34,601 bases of DNA from Macrostomum lignano (lineage: Eukaryota). Where the stretch lies: contig NIVC01004809.1 of NCBI GenBank assembly GCA_002269645.1, positions 1 to 34,601 of the forward strand, in the 5' to 3' direction. Under the pieces are notes generated by a model. It did no database searches. It saw nothing but the letters and a program-made list of their open reading frames with translations, and was not told the origin of the DNA. The position numbers and the translations under genes are program-made. This document shows positions 10,531-25,085 of the stretch, piece by piece; positions within the stretch are counted from its first letter, which is position 1; every line of letters begins with the position of its first letter.

Positions 10531-12245
10531 CTCATCCCTGCTTTTCCTAGCCGCAGTTAACAAGGCTTCAGCCAGTCTGTAGCCTTTCTTCTCCAAAGCA
10601 GCAGATACTTGCTCAACATCGCTGTCAGACTGATGGACATTGCACCATTGGTTACACAGGTCCACAGCAGGTCCAATGTCAGTCAGGCTAGGCGCCAAAG
10701 CAATAACCAAATCTGCAGCATCTCTACAAGCGGCTTCATCGCTACTAGTATCCTTCATCTTGTAGCCAGCCTCTTTAACTTTAGCAGCGGCTTTAGCAAA
10801 CCAACTGGATAAAAGATTAGATGGTGAGATTTTAGCATAGACTCGAATAGTCTCCAGAGCTGCTAAACGATGCGATCTTGTCGCTGAACTGTCCGAGTGC
10901 AAGGCAAACAGTCTCGGCACGTAGTTCTTAGCGTAGCCAGACATCAGACTGTACAGAGCAGAATTGTCAGCGGCGGCAGCTGACAGGCGTCTCAAAGCAG
11001 CCAACAGATGCAAGCGAATATCCGATCTGGACATGAGCAGCTCGCCAAGCTGCCTGGCCAACCCGGGCAGAGCTTCGGCAGCATCGGTTGGACCGTAGCA
11101 GAACGCCGGCAGAGACTGCCAGACCTGCAGTTCCAGCAGCCGGCAGTCGGAGATCCCGAAGCAGCGCCTGTTGGCAGCGCTTAGCCAGCGGCAGGAGATG
11201 ACGCGAGAAGGCCGCCAGCTGGGCGCCTCGCCGAATATGTCGGGGCAGCATCGGCAGCAGCCAAGATCGACGCCAGGTGTCGGACGGAGCGGCCGGATCC
11301 AAGCTGTCCAACGACACGGCGGCAAGGAAATCAGTCGGACCCAGAGTCTCCAGCGCAGCCGCCAGTGCCGACTCCAAGCAGGTGCACAGATCGGCGTCTT
11401 TATCGTCAGCCGTGTCGCGCAGGTTAGCTAAACTGGTCAGACTGGCAGTCAGATCCGATTGGCCTCGACAATCGTCACCATGACAACGAATAAATGCGGA
11501 CAATAGCCGACCAATATGCGGCCAAGACGGATAATACTGATAGGATGATAGTCCGCTGGTTAGAGTGGCCAAGACGGCAGAACGAATGCTAGCAAGAGCG
11601 GCAGGACGCCGGATTCGAGGGGCCAGCTCGATCAGCACGTGATGACAGGCATCACGACAAGCCCGTCGGGCAGCCTCGGCGAGACCCGACTGGCCAAGGC
11701 CGCGAAACGACACGGTGAACAGTTTGATGAGATGGGATTCGAATATCTGGCACTGTTCAGAGTCTGGTGCTGCTTTTCTTCAGCATCTTCGTCAGCTTCA
11801 ACAGGTGCCAAAGCGCCTAAGCCGGCCTTGGCGGTGTCCAACCAGATTCGAGTGCTCTCGGCATCCTCCAAGGCGGCGGGCATCGTACAGCGCTGACAAT
11901 CTGGCCGATCAGCTGGACAGGCAGCCGACTGTCCAGTCGACGACGCCAGAACAGCGACCGGATGGCGAGCATGGCTTCGGCGAAGGTTCTGGCATCGGCG
12001 GTGGGAGCTACGGCGAGAACTGCTTCGACTGTTGACTTGGCCTGGCGCTCTGTCTGGTGACTGGCGGCCACTCGAAGGAGCCGAAGCGAGAAAGCCGCGG
12101 AGCTGGCGGAGTTGAGCCGATCCAAAGCGAATGCGGTTACCAAGGCAACGGGGACGGAGGCTTCGGTAGAGGCGAGAGTTTCGGTCACGGCTTGCATAGC
12201 TGCTTTGCGAATGCGCGGTCGATCGGACTGGGTGAACTGCAGGAC
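10531..12245 (-). CDS. RRP12: RRP12-like protein, exon 3 (HEAT/NUC173 region; frameshifts near 11890, 11750 and 11150)
   Basis: FTQSDRPRIRKAA, RRSWLLPML, QVWQSLPAFCYGPTD..GLARQLG and KKGYRLAE match RRP12 in alternating frames. Acceptor cgcag|GTC at 12245; donor GAG|gtgatt at 10531 is less certain. Confidence 0.85.
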
Positions 12246-12254
12246 CTGCGTGGG

Positions 12255-12385
12255 AGTAGTTGTAGTATACTAGATGAAGTAGTAGTGTAATTAGTAGTAT
12301 TAGTAGTAGCAGTAGTATTAGTAGTATTAGTAGTAGTCGTAGAAGTAGTAGTAGTGGTAGTATTAGTATTAGTAGTAGTAAAACC
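12255..12385. repeat. (TAG)n-type degenerate microsatellite in RRP12 intron 2
   Basis: agtagtagtattagtagtag tract read directly. Confidence 0.9.
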
Positions 12386-12442
12386 CCAGATAAATTGTAC
12401 AGAAAATAGCACTACTAATAGTAGTTTAAAACAGCTACTCAC

Positions 12443-12746
12443 CGCCTGCAGCACCTGTCGGGTGGCCGCCGCGTGCCAGGCAGTCTTGGGCAGGGCGGCC
12501 AGAGCGCTGCCAAGGCACAGCAGCAAACTGCGAGGCAGTCCCGCGCCCGATGAAGCAGCAGACTGATCAGCGGTGTCGGATGCTGCGGTCTCAGGCGAGT
12601 GCAGCAGCTGCAAGCAGGCCTGCGTGAGCGGAGCGAATGCCGGCGCCAGAGTGGCCGGGTCCATCCGCTTGGTGAGCACGCTGAGTAAGTGAGCTGCGGC
12701 CGGACGAATGTCCGAATCAACGGACACTAGAGCAGTCAGTAGGGGC
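12443..12746 (-). CDS. RRP12: RRP12-like protein, exon 2 (one extra base in the G-run 12742-12745)
   Basis: AAAHLLSVLTKRMDP resembles AVAYLLNLVLKRVP; SLLLCLGSAL. Acceptor cccag|G at 12746, donor GCG|gtgagt at 12443; 304 nt = 3n+1. Confidence 0.82.
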
Positions 12747-12819
12747 CTGGGTGTAGGGCAGATATAACATTTTATAGTTGGCTTTTTTTATGCATTACAT
12801 CTTTTTCGATACATATCGG

Positions 12820-13195
12820 TAACAACTATTTCGGCATAAGAAAGTATTTTTACTACATATCGGCACCAGCTAGTTTAGATAATGAAATTGTGTTTCCTAT
12901 ACATATTGGTAGATTTTATTTTCGATACATATCGGTAACAAATATTTCGGCATTAGATTGTACTTTCGATACATATCGGCACCAGCAAGTTTAGGCAATT
13001 ATATTGTGTTTTCGATACATACCGGCACCAGCTAGTTTAGTCAATCAAACTGTGTTTTCGATACATATCGGCACCAGCTAGTTTAGGCAATTAGATTGTG
13101 TTTTCGATACATACCGGTAGATTATATTTTCGATACATATCAGTACCCGCTACTTTAAAAAAATTATTTTGTGTTTTCGATACATATCGGTTCTA
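12820..13195. repeat. Degenerate repeat with palindromic core TTTCGATACATATCGG, about 10 copies, RRP12 intron 1
   Basis: Core recurs at irregular 25-50 bp intervals. Confidence 0.85.
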
Positions 13196-13223
13196 GCTGA
13201 AGTAAATCAGAGCAAATGCGCAC

Positions 13224-13679
13224 CTGAAAGTATTCTTCGTTGGTCTCCCGACCTCCTCTGTCACGAATCAGTTGAGCCACTGCCGCCAACACCGCCAGCG
13301 CGCTACGCCTGGCCTCGGAATTCTGGCGATCAGCCCAGTGCGTGAGCACCTTCTCAAAGCACTGATTAGTGCAACCAGTGAAATTCGTTGCCCAAGTCTC
13401 CACCGATTCAACCGACGACTCATCATCGTCATTATCGATCGGTTCTTCTTGTATTTGATCTTTACCGTCTATTCGTTTATTATGCCGCTCCAAGGCCGCC
13501 TTTGTAATGCCGCCGCCCTGTGTGGGCAGGTCTGGGGCGAACTGTACAACTCGAGCTCGGTTTACAGCGCTAGCAGCCTCGCGAAATCTTTGACACCTTG
13601 GATTTGACGAACTGCTCTGGCCCTTCTTCCAGCGAACTCCGGTGCGTAGAGTTTTACGCGCGCTGCGCGACACTTTCAT
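13224..13679 (-). CDS. RRP12: RRP12-like protein, exon 1
   Basis: MKVSR...RWKKGQSSSSNP matches the RRP12 N-terminal RWKKGHSSDSNP; GGRETNEEYF. ATG at 13679, donor CAG|gtgcgc at 13224; 456 nt. Confidence 0.9.
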
Positions 13680-15445
13680 TGCAGGCAATTAGAAATCACT
13701 TCTATTTGATATTTTAGTGAAGCTCAGCTACTTGTAGTAGAAACAATTGCGTTTTAGCTGTAAAAAATATATAGTTGGGAAAATTTATTAGGTCGTAAAA
13801 TCCGATAAGATCTTTAAAGAAAATCTGCATAAATACGAAGGATGCCCTGTGCCCTGGTGGTTGGCCCCCATGGGTTGTGAGACTCGAGAAACAAGAGAGA
13901 CTATTGACACCTTCTAGTCTCTATAGCTAACACACAGACTAAGCTGACTTAACTTAAAAAAAACTGGCAAAAATGCAAAAAACACGTACTGCAGTCACTT
14001 TGTTATATATTGCTCCTAAATATGTATATATATGTAACATATGTATTTATATATATATATATATATATCATTTTTGAATTATGCAATTACTATTAATAAT
14101 TAATAAAACAATAACTTTGGGATTTTGTCCGCAAACACGAGTCCCAGCAATAGAAATATATTGATACGCCAAGTTAATCAGACATACTGGGTAATAATAT
14201 GATTATTTGCTATCAGTATATCAATACACAGTAAAAACTTGGCAAAAATGGAGTCGAACGTTTCTATATATAAAAAAAATTATTAAGCAAGCAAACAAAT
14301 TTAAAATTAAACGCGATTTAAAATCCTACGTAAGGCCTGTTAGGGTTTTCAACTTTTAAGCAGATCCGATACTGTTATATCACAGGTGCAGGCGGCAGAC
14401 TGTTGGGACTTAAAATTGCTGTATTCGATAGAACAAAGAACACATTATTTTTGAAAAGAAACTAAATTTCCATTGTAGTCTGTTAAAGCTGGTGCATAAT
14501 TAAATAGTTGAGTCAAAATTATTAATAATAATGATGATGTTTGCTACAAACAGAAATACGAAACGTTTAAAACAGCATAGTTGCAATGGAAGTTAAGAAG
14601 TCAAATTTTAATTATTTGAATAACATAAACAGGTGAATAGAAATTAATATAATGTTATAAATAATATCTATACTGGAAGAAGTTGGGCTGCAAAGCATTG
14701 TTAACGCTCTCTACTAAGCTAAATCAATACGATAAAAGGCATTCATATTGATTACTGTTGACACAATTAGAACTAAGTATCCATAGGAATGCATTATTTT
14801 ATCATATAGATTATTAATAAACCGTTGTCAGTAATATTGTACGCATTCATTACGGCCTTACATAGAAAAGTGAAGATAAAAAATAGATTATAATATTTTC
14901 TTGACACTTCAAGCAAGATAAAACAGGTGATAAAAACAAAAAAAAATCGAAAGTTTTAACAAACTTGATTCTCTTTTTCTAAGAATATACGATTTTATTA
15001 AATTAATTAGTGAAAATTAAAGTGAAACTAAGTCTAAATATCATATTTATTTATGCAAGATTAAGCACAAGAGGCACTAAAGTTCCTACCGTAAAACCGA
15101 TTAAAAGATACAGGTTATTTGTCAAAGCAAAGCATTAAATAATAATAATAATAGCAATGAATGGCACAGCCCTGTACAGACAGAAGCAAATGTACGCTCC
15201 ACAGTTCCTGGAAATATTGTATTTGGCAAGTAAACTTCAAACTTGTTTTACTGCCAATTATCATCTAAACATTCATAAGGCCTGGAAAAATCATTTATTA
15301 GGCACTTAGGCACTAAAATATTACATTTTTTGATCGATTATAACCCGCATCAAATGTTTAAAGCAAACACTTATTATACTACTTATTTATACTTTGGTTG
15401 GCGTCTGTATAATTACTTTGTGCTGCACTAATTAGAGTAGCGAGT

Positions 15446-15598
<153 letters not shown>

Positions 15599-15974
15599 TT
15601 AATTTTGACATTTTTTGTGTATAACTGTTGTAACACACTGTAAATATGTTTTCATTGCTACTTGTAGTAGATAAATCGGAAAAATATTAATTTAAATAAA
15701 CTTTTGAAAACAAGTAATTGTAACTATTAAACTCGTTGCAACTAGAAAAAAACTGCAGTTTCTGATAGTTAACCAATTTTTCCAAAATTGCAGAATAAAA
15801 TAAAGGCAATCTGTAATGGATAATATATAAGGTATGAAATTGTAATTATATTGTAGCCTACTTAAATATTTCGACAATATAGATAGCGTATACACTGGGT
15901 ATTAGGTAGCAGTTGAAACAAAAAATGTATTAAAATCAAGACAAGAGATGCTAGCAGTCTCTAGGGTGGATTCA

Positions 15975-17803
<1,829 letters not shown>

Positions 17804-17904
17804 TCACGCATTAACGCTCCCACACACTTTTTTACACTATATAATTCATTTACTAGACGTCTATAGTAGTTCAGTAACGCATAACCCATCCTACATAAAT
17901 TCTC

Positions 17905-18685
17905 ATTGGCAAACACCCAACCCCCTATAACAACCCATCCTCGATAACACCCTATCCTTCATAACACCCATTCCCCCATAAACATCCCATCCCCTACAAA
18001 AACCGATAAGACCCCAACCCCATAACACCCCATCCCCATAACACCCCATCCGCCATAACACCCCATTCCCATAACACCCCATCCCCCATAACACCCCATC
18101 CGCCATAACATCCCATCCCCATACCACCGATCCACCATAACACCCCATCCCCCATAACACCTATCCCCCATAACACCAACAACAACAACAGCAACAGAGT
18201 ACGCTGCCGGATCACAAAAGCAACGTCAGATGGCACGCTTCGAAGCCTGGGCGCGAACAAAGGCCGCACCGCCGGCAGAGTCCGGGGCGCCGGCGTCAGC
18301 CCACATCCCATAAAACCCCATCCTCCATACCACCGATCCGACATAACACCCCATCCCCATAACACCCCATCCGCCATAACACCCCATCCCCATCCGCCAT
18401 AACACATCATCCCCATAACACCCCATCCCCCATAACACCCCATCCCCCCATACCACCGATCCACCATAACACCCCATACCCCATAACACCCATCCCCCAT
18501 AACACCCCATCCCCATAAACACCCCATCCCCCATAACACCCCATCCCCATAAACACCCCATCCCCATAACACCCCATCCTCCATACCATCGATCCGCCAT
18601 AACACCCCATCCCAATAACACCATGTCCCCATAACACCCCATCCCCATAACACCCCATCCCAATAAACACCCCATCCCACAACCC
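17905..18685. repeat. 16-17-bp C-rich minisatellite (CATAACACCCCATCCCC) in PKN intron 3, interrupted by a unique island at about 18180-18305
   Basis: Read directly; G-rich on the transcribed strand. Confidence 0.93.
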
Positions 18686-18699
18686 CCAGCGGGACTCAC

Positions 18700-19208
18700 A
18701 GCGGGCTGCCTGCTAGCAGTCCTTGGCGGTGGGGTGGGCACCAGCTCGTGCAGATTGGTCCTACTCTTAGACGCAATAGTAATGTCATTCCGATCGCCCA
18801 AGCGCTTCTGAAACGGCCACCAAGTCATCCAATTGACATTCTTCGGCATCTCAGCGGCCATCCGTTTGCCCTTCCGCCGGCTGAGCAGCCTCTGCCGCTG
18901 CCGTTGCAACGGCTGCTTCTTTCGGAAGATTTGCGGATTGCTGAAAATCAACTCGGCAAAGAAGAAGCCGTCGGGTTCCAGATAGAATGGCACAGCGTGC
19001 TTCTCGCAGTCCAGATAATCCTCCAGCTTCAAGAACCTCACAGCGGCCAAGCCGCGACTATCTCGCCAGTGAATTTGAATCTCTAACTCGCGAGCAGTTT
19101 CCAGCGGTATGCTGATCCGATTGTTCCAGCACTCGTGCGACATCGGGCGCCACTCGGATGACCATTCGAATTTGTTGTTGTCAATCCGTAGTATGCATTT
19201 GACCTCCT
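18700..19208 (-). CDS. PKN: Protein kinase N, exon 3 (C2-like domain)
   Basis: EVKCILRIDNN...LETARELEIQIHWRDSRGLAAVRFLKLEDYLD matches the PKN C2 region. Acceptor ttcgcag|AG at 19208, donor GCT|gtgagt at 18700. Confidence 0.92.
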
Positions 19209-19339
19209 CTGCGAATGGTGACGGGTTTTAGGGGGAGGTGGTTTGTCACATAAATCCTATACTAAAATGAGTACACACTGACAGATATGATAACAAAATT
19301 GAGCTCGTAAAATACGAGTATTTCACATGTATTTTCTTC

Positions 19340-19940
19340 ATTACTGATCCCATTGTCTTTAATACTGATCCCATTGTCTCTATCACTGATCCCATCGTTT
19401 CCATCACTGATCCCATTGTCTCCATCTCTGATCCCATTGTCTCCATCACTGATCCCATTATTTCCATCACTGATCCCATTGTCTCCATCACTGATCCCAT
19501 TGTCTTTATTACTGATTCCATTGTCTCTATCACTGATCCCATCGTTTCCATCACTGATCCCATTGTCTTTATCACTGATCCCATTGTCTCTATCACTGAT
19601 CCCATCGTTTCCATCACTGATCCCATTGTCTTTATTACTGATCCCATTGTCTCTATCACTGATCCCATCGTTTCCATCACTGATCCCATTGTCTCCATCT
19701 CTGATCCCATTGTCTAATACTGATCCCATTGTCTCCATCACTGATCCCATCGTTTCCATCACTGATCACATTGTCTCCATCACTGATCCCATTGTCTCCA
19801 TCACTGATCCCATTGTCTTTATCACTGATCCCATTGTCTTCATCTCTGATCCCATTGTCTTTATTACTGATCCCATTGTCTTCATCTCTGATCCCATTTC
19901 TTAATTACTGATTCCATTGTCTCCATCACTGATCCCATTG
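19340..19940. repeat. 21-bp minisatellite (CACTGATCCCATTGTCTCCAT) in PKN intron 2
   Basis: Read directly; 7-aa periodic ORFs (MGSVMET). Confidence 0.95.
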
Positions 19941-20779
19941 CCAATGTCATTGCTTTCACTGTTCACTTTACTAAACACATCCTATCACTTTCCACACTAC
20001 ACAGAGTATGCTACACAATCTGACTCAACACAGTCAAACATGTAAAATGGTTTAAAAACATTCAATAAAAAACTTTCTTGAAAAATAATTCGCAACATGA
20101 TAAACATAAAAGCGGAACCAGTTAGCCTGCTGGTTGGCAATAAAATGTCAAATTCTGTCAATCTGTTTCAAAACTATAATAGAAGATGCATTTGTTAGTA
20201 ATATTTAAGTATCTTGCTACCCTAATGCTCAGTACTAGCCGCGATCAAATCCGCTTAACTTAGGCTAGGGAGATCCCATATATGCAGATGTATAAACTGG
20301 GGATTCGAGTTCGGGACCATGCCAGTTCAAATCGATTTATCGATTGCATATAAACTCGCCATCCGGTAAAATGTTAACAAATCATCATATGTATTGTGGT
20401 ACACTAAAAATTCATTGCATGCCTGTATATGGTTCTGTTCCTTTTTGAATCAATCAATTATTACCATAGACATTGCTATGCGATAGGCGCCGCATGAGAG
20501 CGGGCGCGCAACCGCTTATTAACATGTCTGGCACAGTGGGCGGCTGTGGCGCCGCCCTTTCTGGGCTGATTGCGAATCCTGAATCGATTGATTGATTGAT
20601 AATTAATAGATTAATTAATAGTCTCTGCACATATCATAGTCAGAGGTAATAGGTTTAAAACAAGTAATGATACCGATATTCAATAATTTTGGATAGAACA
20701 TGCCTGCTTCCTGTTTATATCGCTTTCTAAACTGTTTCCCGGCAATATACCTGTCTACCTGTTAACCTGGAAATCTTAA

Positions 20780-21342
20780 CTATCTACCCATCAATCTCAA
20801 CTGGCTGCCCGTCAATCTCAACTGGCTGCCCATAAATCTCAACTGGCTGCCCGTCAATCTCAACTGGCTACCCGTCAATCTCAACTATCTACCCGTCACT
20901 CTCAACTATCGACCCATCAATCTTAACTATCTACCCGTCAATCTCAATCTCAATCACTATCCACCCGTCAATCTCAACTATCTACCCATCAATCTCAACT
21001 ATCTACCCGTCAATCTCAGCTATCTACCCATCAATCTCAACTATCTACCCGTCAATCTCAACGGTCAATCTCAATCTCAATCACTATTCACCCGTCAATC
21101 TCAACTATCTACTCATCAATCTCAACTATCTACCCGTCAATCTCAACGGTCAATCTCAATCTCAATCACTATCCACCCGTCAATCTCAACTATCTACCCA
21201 TCAATCTCAACTATCTACCCATCAATCTCAACTATCTGCCTGTCAATCTCAACTATCTACCCGTCAATCTCAACGGTCAATCTCAATCTCAATCACTATC
21301 TACCCATCAATCTCAACTATCTACCCGTCAATCTCAACTGTC
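20780..21342. repeat. 21-bp minisatellite (ATCTCAACTATCTACCCGTCA) with higher-order variants, PKN intron 2
   Basis: Read directly. Confidence 0.93.
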
Positions 21343-21485
21343 TGTCCTGAAATATTATAATAAACTATACACAAAGCTACTAAATATCGTTAGAAGGAAA
21401 GAATGTTAGAAAATTAGAAGACAAAAAACCAGGTTTGGCAATAGAAACTAAATCAATCAGCATTATTGCCCTATTAACAGCTCAC

Positions 21486-21933
21486 TAGTTAGTTCGTCTT
21501 CATGCAACCGCATGCTGTAGCTCCTAGTGGGCATGATACCCTTTGATCCTTTGCGCAGAGATTGATAATCACCACTGGCTGCCACAGGCAGGGGGCTGGC
21601 GCTACCGCCGAAGTTGCCGTTGCCGGAGGCCCCCAAGCCGCCATCAGACGGCCGAGGCCTCAGCACGGCCGGGTCTTCAATCAGCTCTTTACAACCGAGC
21701 ACTTTAATCTCGAGTTTGCCACTAACAGGCGCCGGAGCCTTTACCAGAGTCTCCAATGCTGCGTACTCCTTAGCTAGCAGCAGCTGTCTGTCCCGGCGAA
21801 CCCAATCGAGATTGTCGTCCATCTCCGCTAGCAGACGGCCGAGAGAGTACTCGAATAGAGCCACTTTGCACTGGGCTTCGGCTAGATTCTGCTGTACGCT
21901 GGCTGCGCGAGCCTTGTCCGGAGCTCGGACCGT
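21486..21933 (-). CDS. PKN: Protein kinase N, exon 2 (end of HR1c, start of C2)
   Basis: TVRAPDKARAASVQQNLAEAQCKVALFEYSLGRLL; APVSGKLEIKVLGCKELIE. Acceptor cgcag|ACG at 21933, phase-1 donor ACTA|gtgagc at 21486. Confidence 0.92.
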
Positions 21934-22109
21934 CTGCGGTATGGTTCAAGATTGTGTGCGACACAGGTGAGTAAAATGGCATTTGTTTTAATTCAATGAC
22001 AGAATCAATCCGGAAAAACTAGACAAGGTCTAGTAGGATTTGCTAGACTATTTTAGAATACCAATAGCAATAGTGATATACCAATAGTGAGCACGAAAAG
22101 TACTTTAAC

Positions 22110-22450
22110 CACCTCTTTCACGCATTCTCTGTTTCTCTATTTACTTATCGATTATCTTCCCGACTTTCTACTCTCTACCCTTCTCCTCTACTCTCTCCTC
22201 TCTATTCTCTTTTCACTATCTCTCTCCTCTACTCTCCTTTCTACTCCTCTCATCTACTCTCTCCTCTCTACATCTTTCCTATACTCTCTCATCTCGATCC
22301 CTTCTTTTCTATTCACTCACCTGTACTCTTCTTCTCTACTATATCTTACATCTACGCCTCTCATGTACTCTCCTCTCATTGCTACTCCTATCTAATCTCT
22401 CATTTCTACCCTTTCTCTACTCTCTCCTGTCTACCCCTCTCCTCTACTTT
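22110..22450. repeat. CT-rich low-complexity tract (CTACTCTCTCCT-like) in PKN intron 1
   Basis: Read directly. Confidence 0.85.
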
Positions 22451-22469
22451 TGGCTGTTGGCACGTTTTT

Positions 22470-22579
22470 CAGGCACACACTCATACACACGCTCACACAG
22501 AGTGCACAGCAAGCCCTGACTAATCGAATATTTAATCCTCAGGCATGTACACTATCTGTGCCTTGGGGGTTCGGCCCTC
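22470..22579 (+). repeat. Family B, diverged partial copy in PKN intron 1
   Basis: CAGGCACACACTC...AGGCATGTACACT...GTGCCTTGGGGGTT shared. Confidence 0.78.
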
Positions 22580-22661
22580 ATTGGTGTGAATTTCCGTGCA
22601 CACAAGCCCCAAAACGAATGTGACCGCGCAGCGCAAGAGTGTAAAAATCTCTCTCACACAC

Positions 22662-23456
22662 CTGCAGAGCTCTCGCCGCTTTCATTGCTCCATCGCACAG
22701 TCGCCATTCAACTTTCAATTTGTGCTTCAACTCTTCGATTCGTTGCTGCTCAGCTGACAGCTCCGTTGGCGCGAGAATCACCCCGACGCCGGTACCGTCT
22801 GAAGAGGAAGCGGCAGCAGCAGCCGCGGCCGCCGCTGCAGCGCTAGCAGCCGCCGTGTCCTCCTGCTGCAAGCGCAACAGGCTGTTCTTTAAAAAAGCAA
22901 TCTTATCGCGACTCTCGGCAAGCTCCTGTCTGGCCCGTTCCAGCAGAGCGGCTGAAGCGCCAGACACGGCCGCGCCTTTGCCGCACAGATTCTCAATCAG
23001 CCTCTCGGCTCCAGACTTCACTTTCATCTCAATTGCCAGCTGCTTTTGAAGGTCAGTAATTCGCGGATCGACGCCACCAGAACCGCCAAATCCGCCGTCA
23101 TCTGATGCTCCACCGCCGCCACCGTCGGCTTCGTTAGCAGCTGCCGATGTGACACCGCGGATGTGCTGCAGCACCAGCATTTCGTTGCTGGTTTCCTGGA
23201 TCTGGTCGTGAATCTCGTGAAGGTCTCTCTCGTAGTCGGCAATCTGTTTATTAACATCTTTTGCTTTCTTTTTTTCCATAGCGTTGCGCAAATTCTCGGC
23301 GCCAGCTTTCAACTTGCGCACCTTGAATAGTTCATCTTTTAGAGATTCTTTCTGCGCTTCGAGACGGCGCATCACTTGGTCAAACTGCTCAGGATCGGAG
23401 CCAGGCCGCAAGCTGTACTTTGTGGCCACGCTAGTGTAGGAATCCAAAGTGTCCAT
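22662..23456 (-). CDS. PKN: Protein kinase N, exon 1 (HR1a/HR1b Rho-binding repeats)
   Basis: KVRKLKAGAENLR, RITDLQKQLAIEMKVKSGAERLI and RIEELKHKLKVEWRLCDGA are HR1 repeats. Donor CAG|gtgtgt at 22662; 795 nt. Confidence 0.92.
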
Positions 23457-23671
23457 TGCTGCTGCTGCGTGACCTCTAAGTGAGAAAATCTGACTAATCT
23501 ATAGCAGGCCAATACTTGGTTGCCCGAATTGGGTTTGACAATTTCAGAAATGTTTATAACGCAGATTTCCTGTTAACAATGGTTATTACTTCTAGTTGTA
23601 CAGTTGGTTCGTTGTATGATTAACTGAGTAAAATACCTCTCGAAAACAATTAAATTACTTTAAACGGCTAA

Positions 23672-23940
23672 TAATAATTGATTGCACCTGCCCTAATGAG
23701 CAGATGTGCAACCGACAGCTCAGCCGCAGCTATTGCGCGGCGCATCTGAAGGCTGCGTACGGCTGTTCAGTCCAAGGACTGGGGGGGGGGGGTCGCCACA
23801 CACCCTCAATTACCCAGCTAATGCTGGCACCCATTTTACAGCTGGGTGAACTGAAGCAATGCAGAGTTAATTGTCTTGCTCAATGACACAAATTGTTCCA
23901 ATGGAATCGGGAATCGAACCCCAGACCACAACTAGGCTAC
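23672..23940 (-). mobile_element. tRNA-derived CORE-like SINE with a short head deletion, upstream of PKN
   Basis: Near-identical body to the 8650 and 25325 copies; B-box GGTTCGATTCC. Confidence 0.85.
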
Positions 23941-25085
23941 AGCCCCATTTAAACCGTCGCAATATAATATTTAAATAGTTTTGACTCAAAAACTCCTTAA
24001 ATTAATGCCACAAAGTCTTAATAAAAAACGCGTCTATATTTATACACAAAAACTTGACATACTGACCGTTCCTAATTGTACATAAGAAACATCTAAACAA
24101 TAACTATATGTGAGCTAAAAATAAAGAAAGAAAATAAATAGTTAAGTAAAATAAAAAAGAATTGTTTATAATGTGAAATGACAGCATTTACTGTAACGAT
24201 ATACAGGCCGGAATACACTACTGGATGAAATTCAGGTTTAAAAAAACATAACTTTTTATTCAAAAAGCAATTTAAAATGGGTTTAACAAAAACTGGGTTA
24301 AAATTGATTATTGAGTTAATGTATATGCAAATCTATATAACTATTGATAAACATTAAACGATTAATTTTTAATATATCATATCTCATGCCACGGTACCAT
24401 GCTAAAAGTACACCAGATTTTGTACATAAAGCTTTTTGTGTCTTTCAATTTCTTATAGCAATCCAATAATAGAAAATTGTAAAAATTTCTGACAAAAAAC
24501 GTTTTTTTTCAAAAGAACACCATTTATGCAGCTTATAATTATTGAAAATTAACAAGCGCTGGTTCTGAATTACAATAACAATTTAATACTTATATATAAT
24601 ATGTGTGTATACTGTACATCAATATGTACGTAACTAATTATTAAATTTAATATAACAAAAGGACACACAAAAGCACAATTTTGATAATTAAATATTCAGT
24701 GCAATCATCACAAAAATTATATACCGATATATATAAAATACTAGAATGATGCATGCAATAAACAATTTATAAACGTGTTTAATAACGTTAATAAATAGGC
24801 TTTTCTTGAACTATATACATGCAAATATTAGTCAATACTAATAATATTAACTAGGATAACTATAAACAATTGAGTTAGCATAAAATTGTTAAGCTTAATG
24901 TATAATCAGCATTTGAAAAGCTTGAAAATCTATGAAATTGTATAATATATTTTTGATGGCTTGATTTAACTTTAATAGTACATTAGCAAGATGAGGAAGG
25001 CATTTTCGCTGAACTTTCAGCAAGCTTATAAACCTTATTAATATTTATTATTTTCCAAATTTTAACTGGCAATGCCCATTCCGCC

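Noticed and set aside
6700-13195. CRISPR-like appearance of the 28-bp and palindromic arrays
   Set aside because: No unique spacers, no cas genes, and the context is eukaryotic.
20537-20562. GC hairpin GGGCGGC-TGTGGC-GCCGCCC followed by TTT, like an intrinsic terminator
   Set aside because: Bacterial terminators are irrelevant here; it lies within the candidate PKN exon.
21961-21972. Perfect plus-strand donor CAGGTGAGT near the PKN exon-2 acceptor
   Set aside because: A single 9-mer is plausible by chance; no matching antisense exon found.
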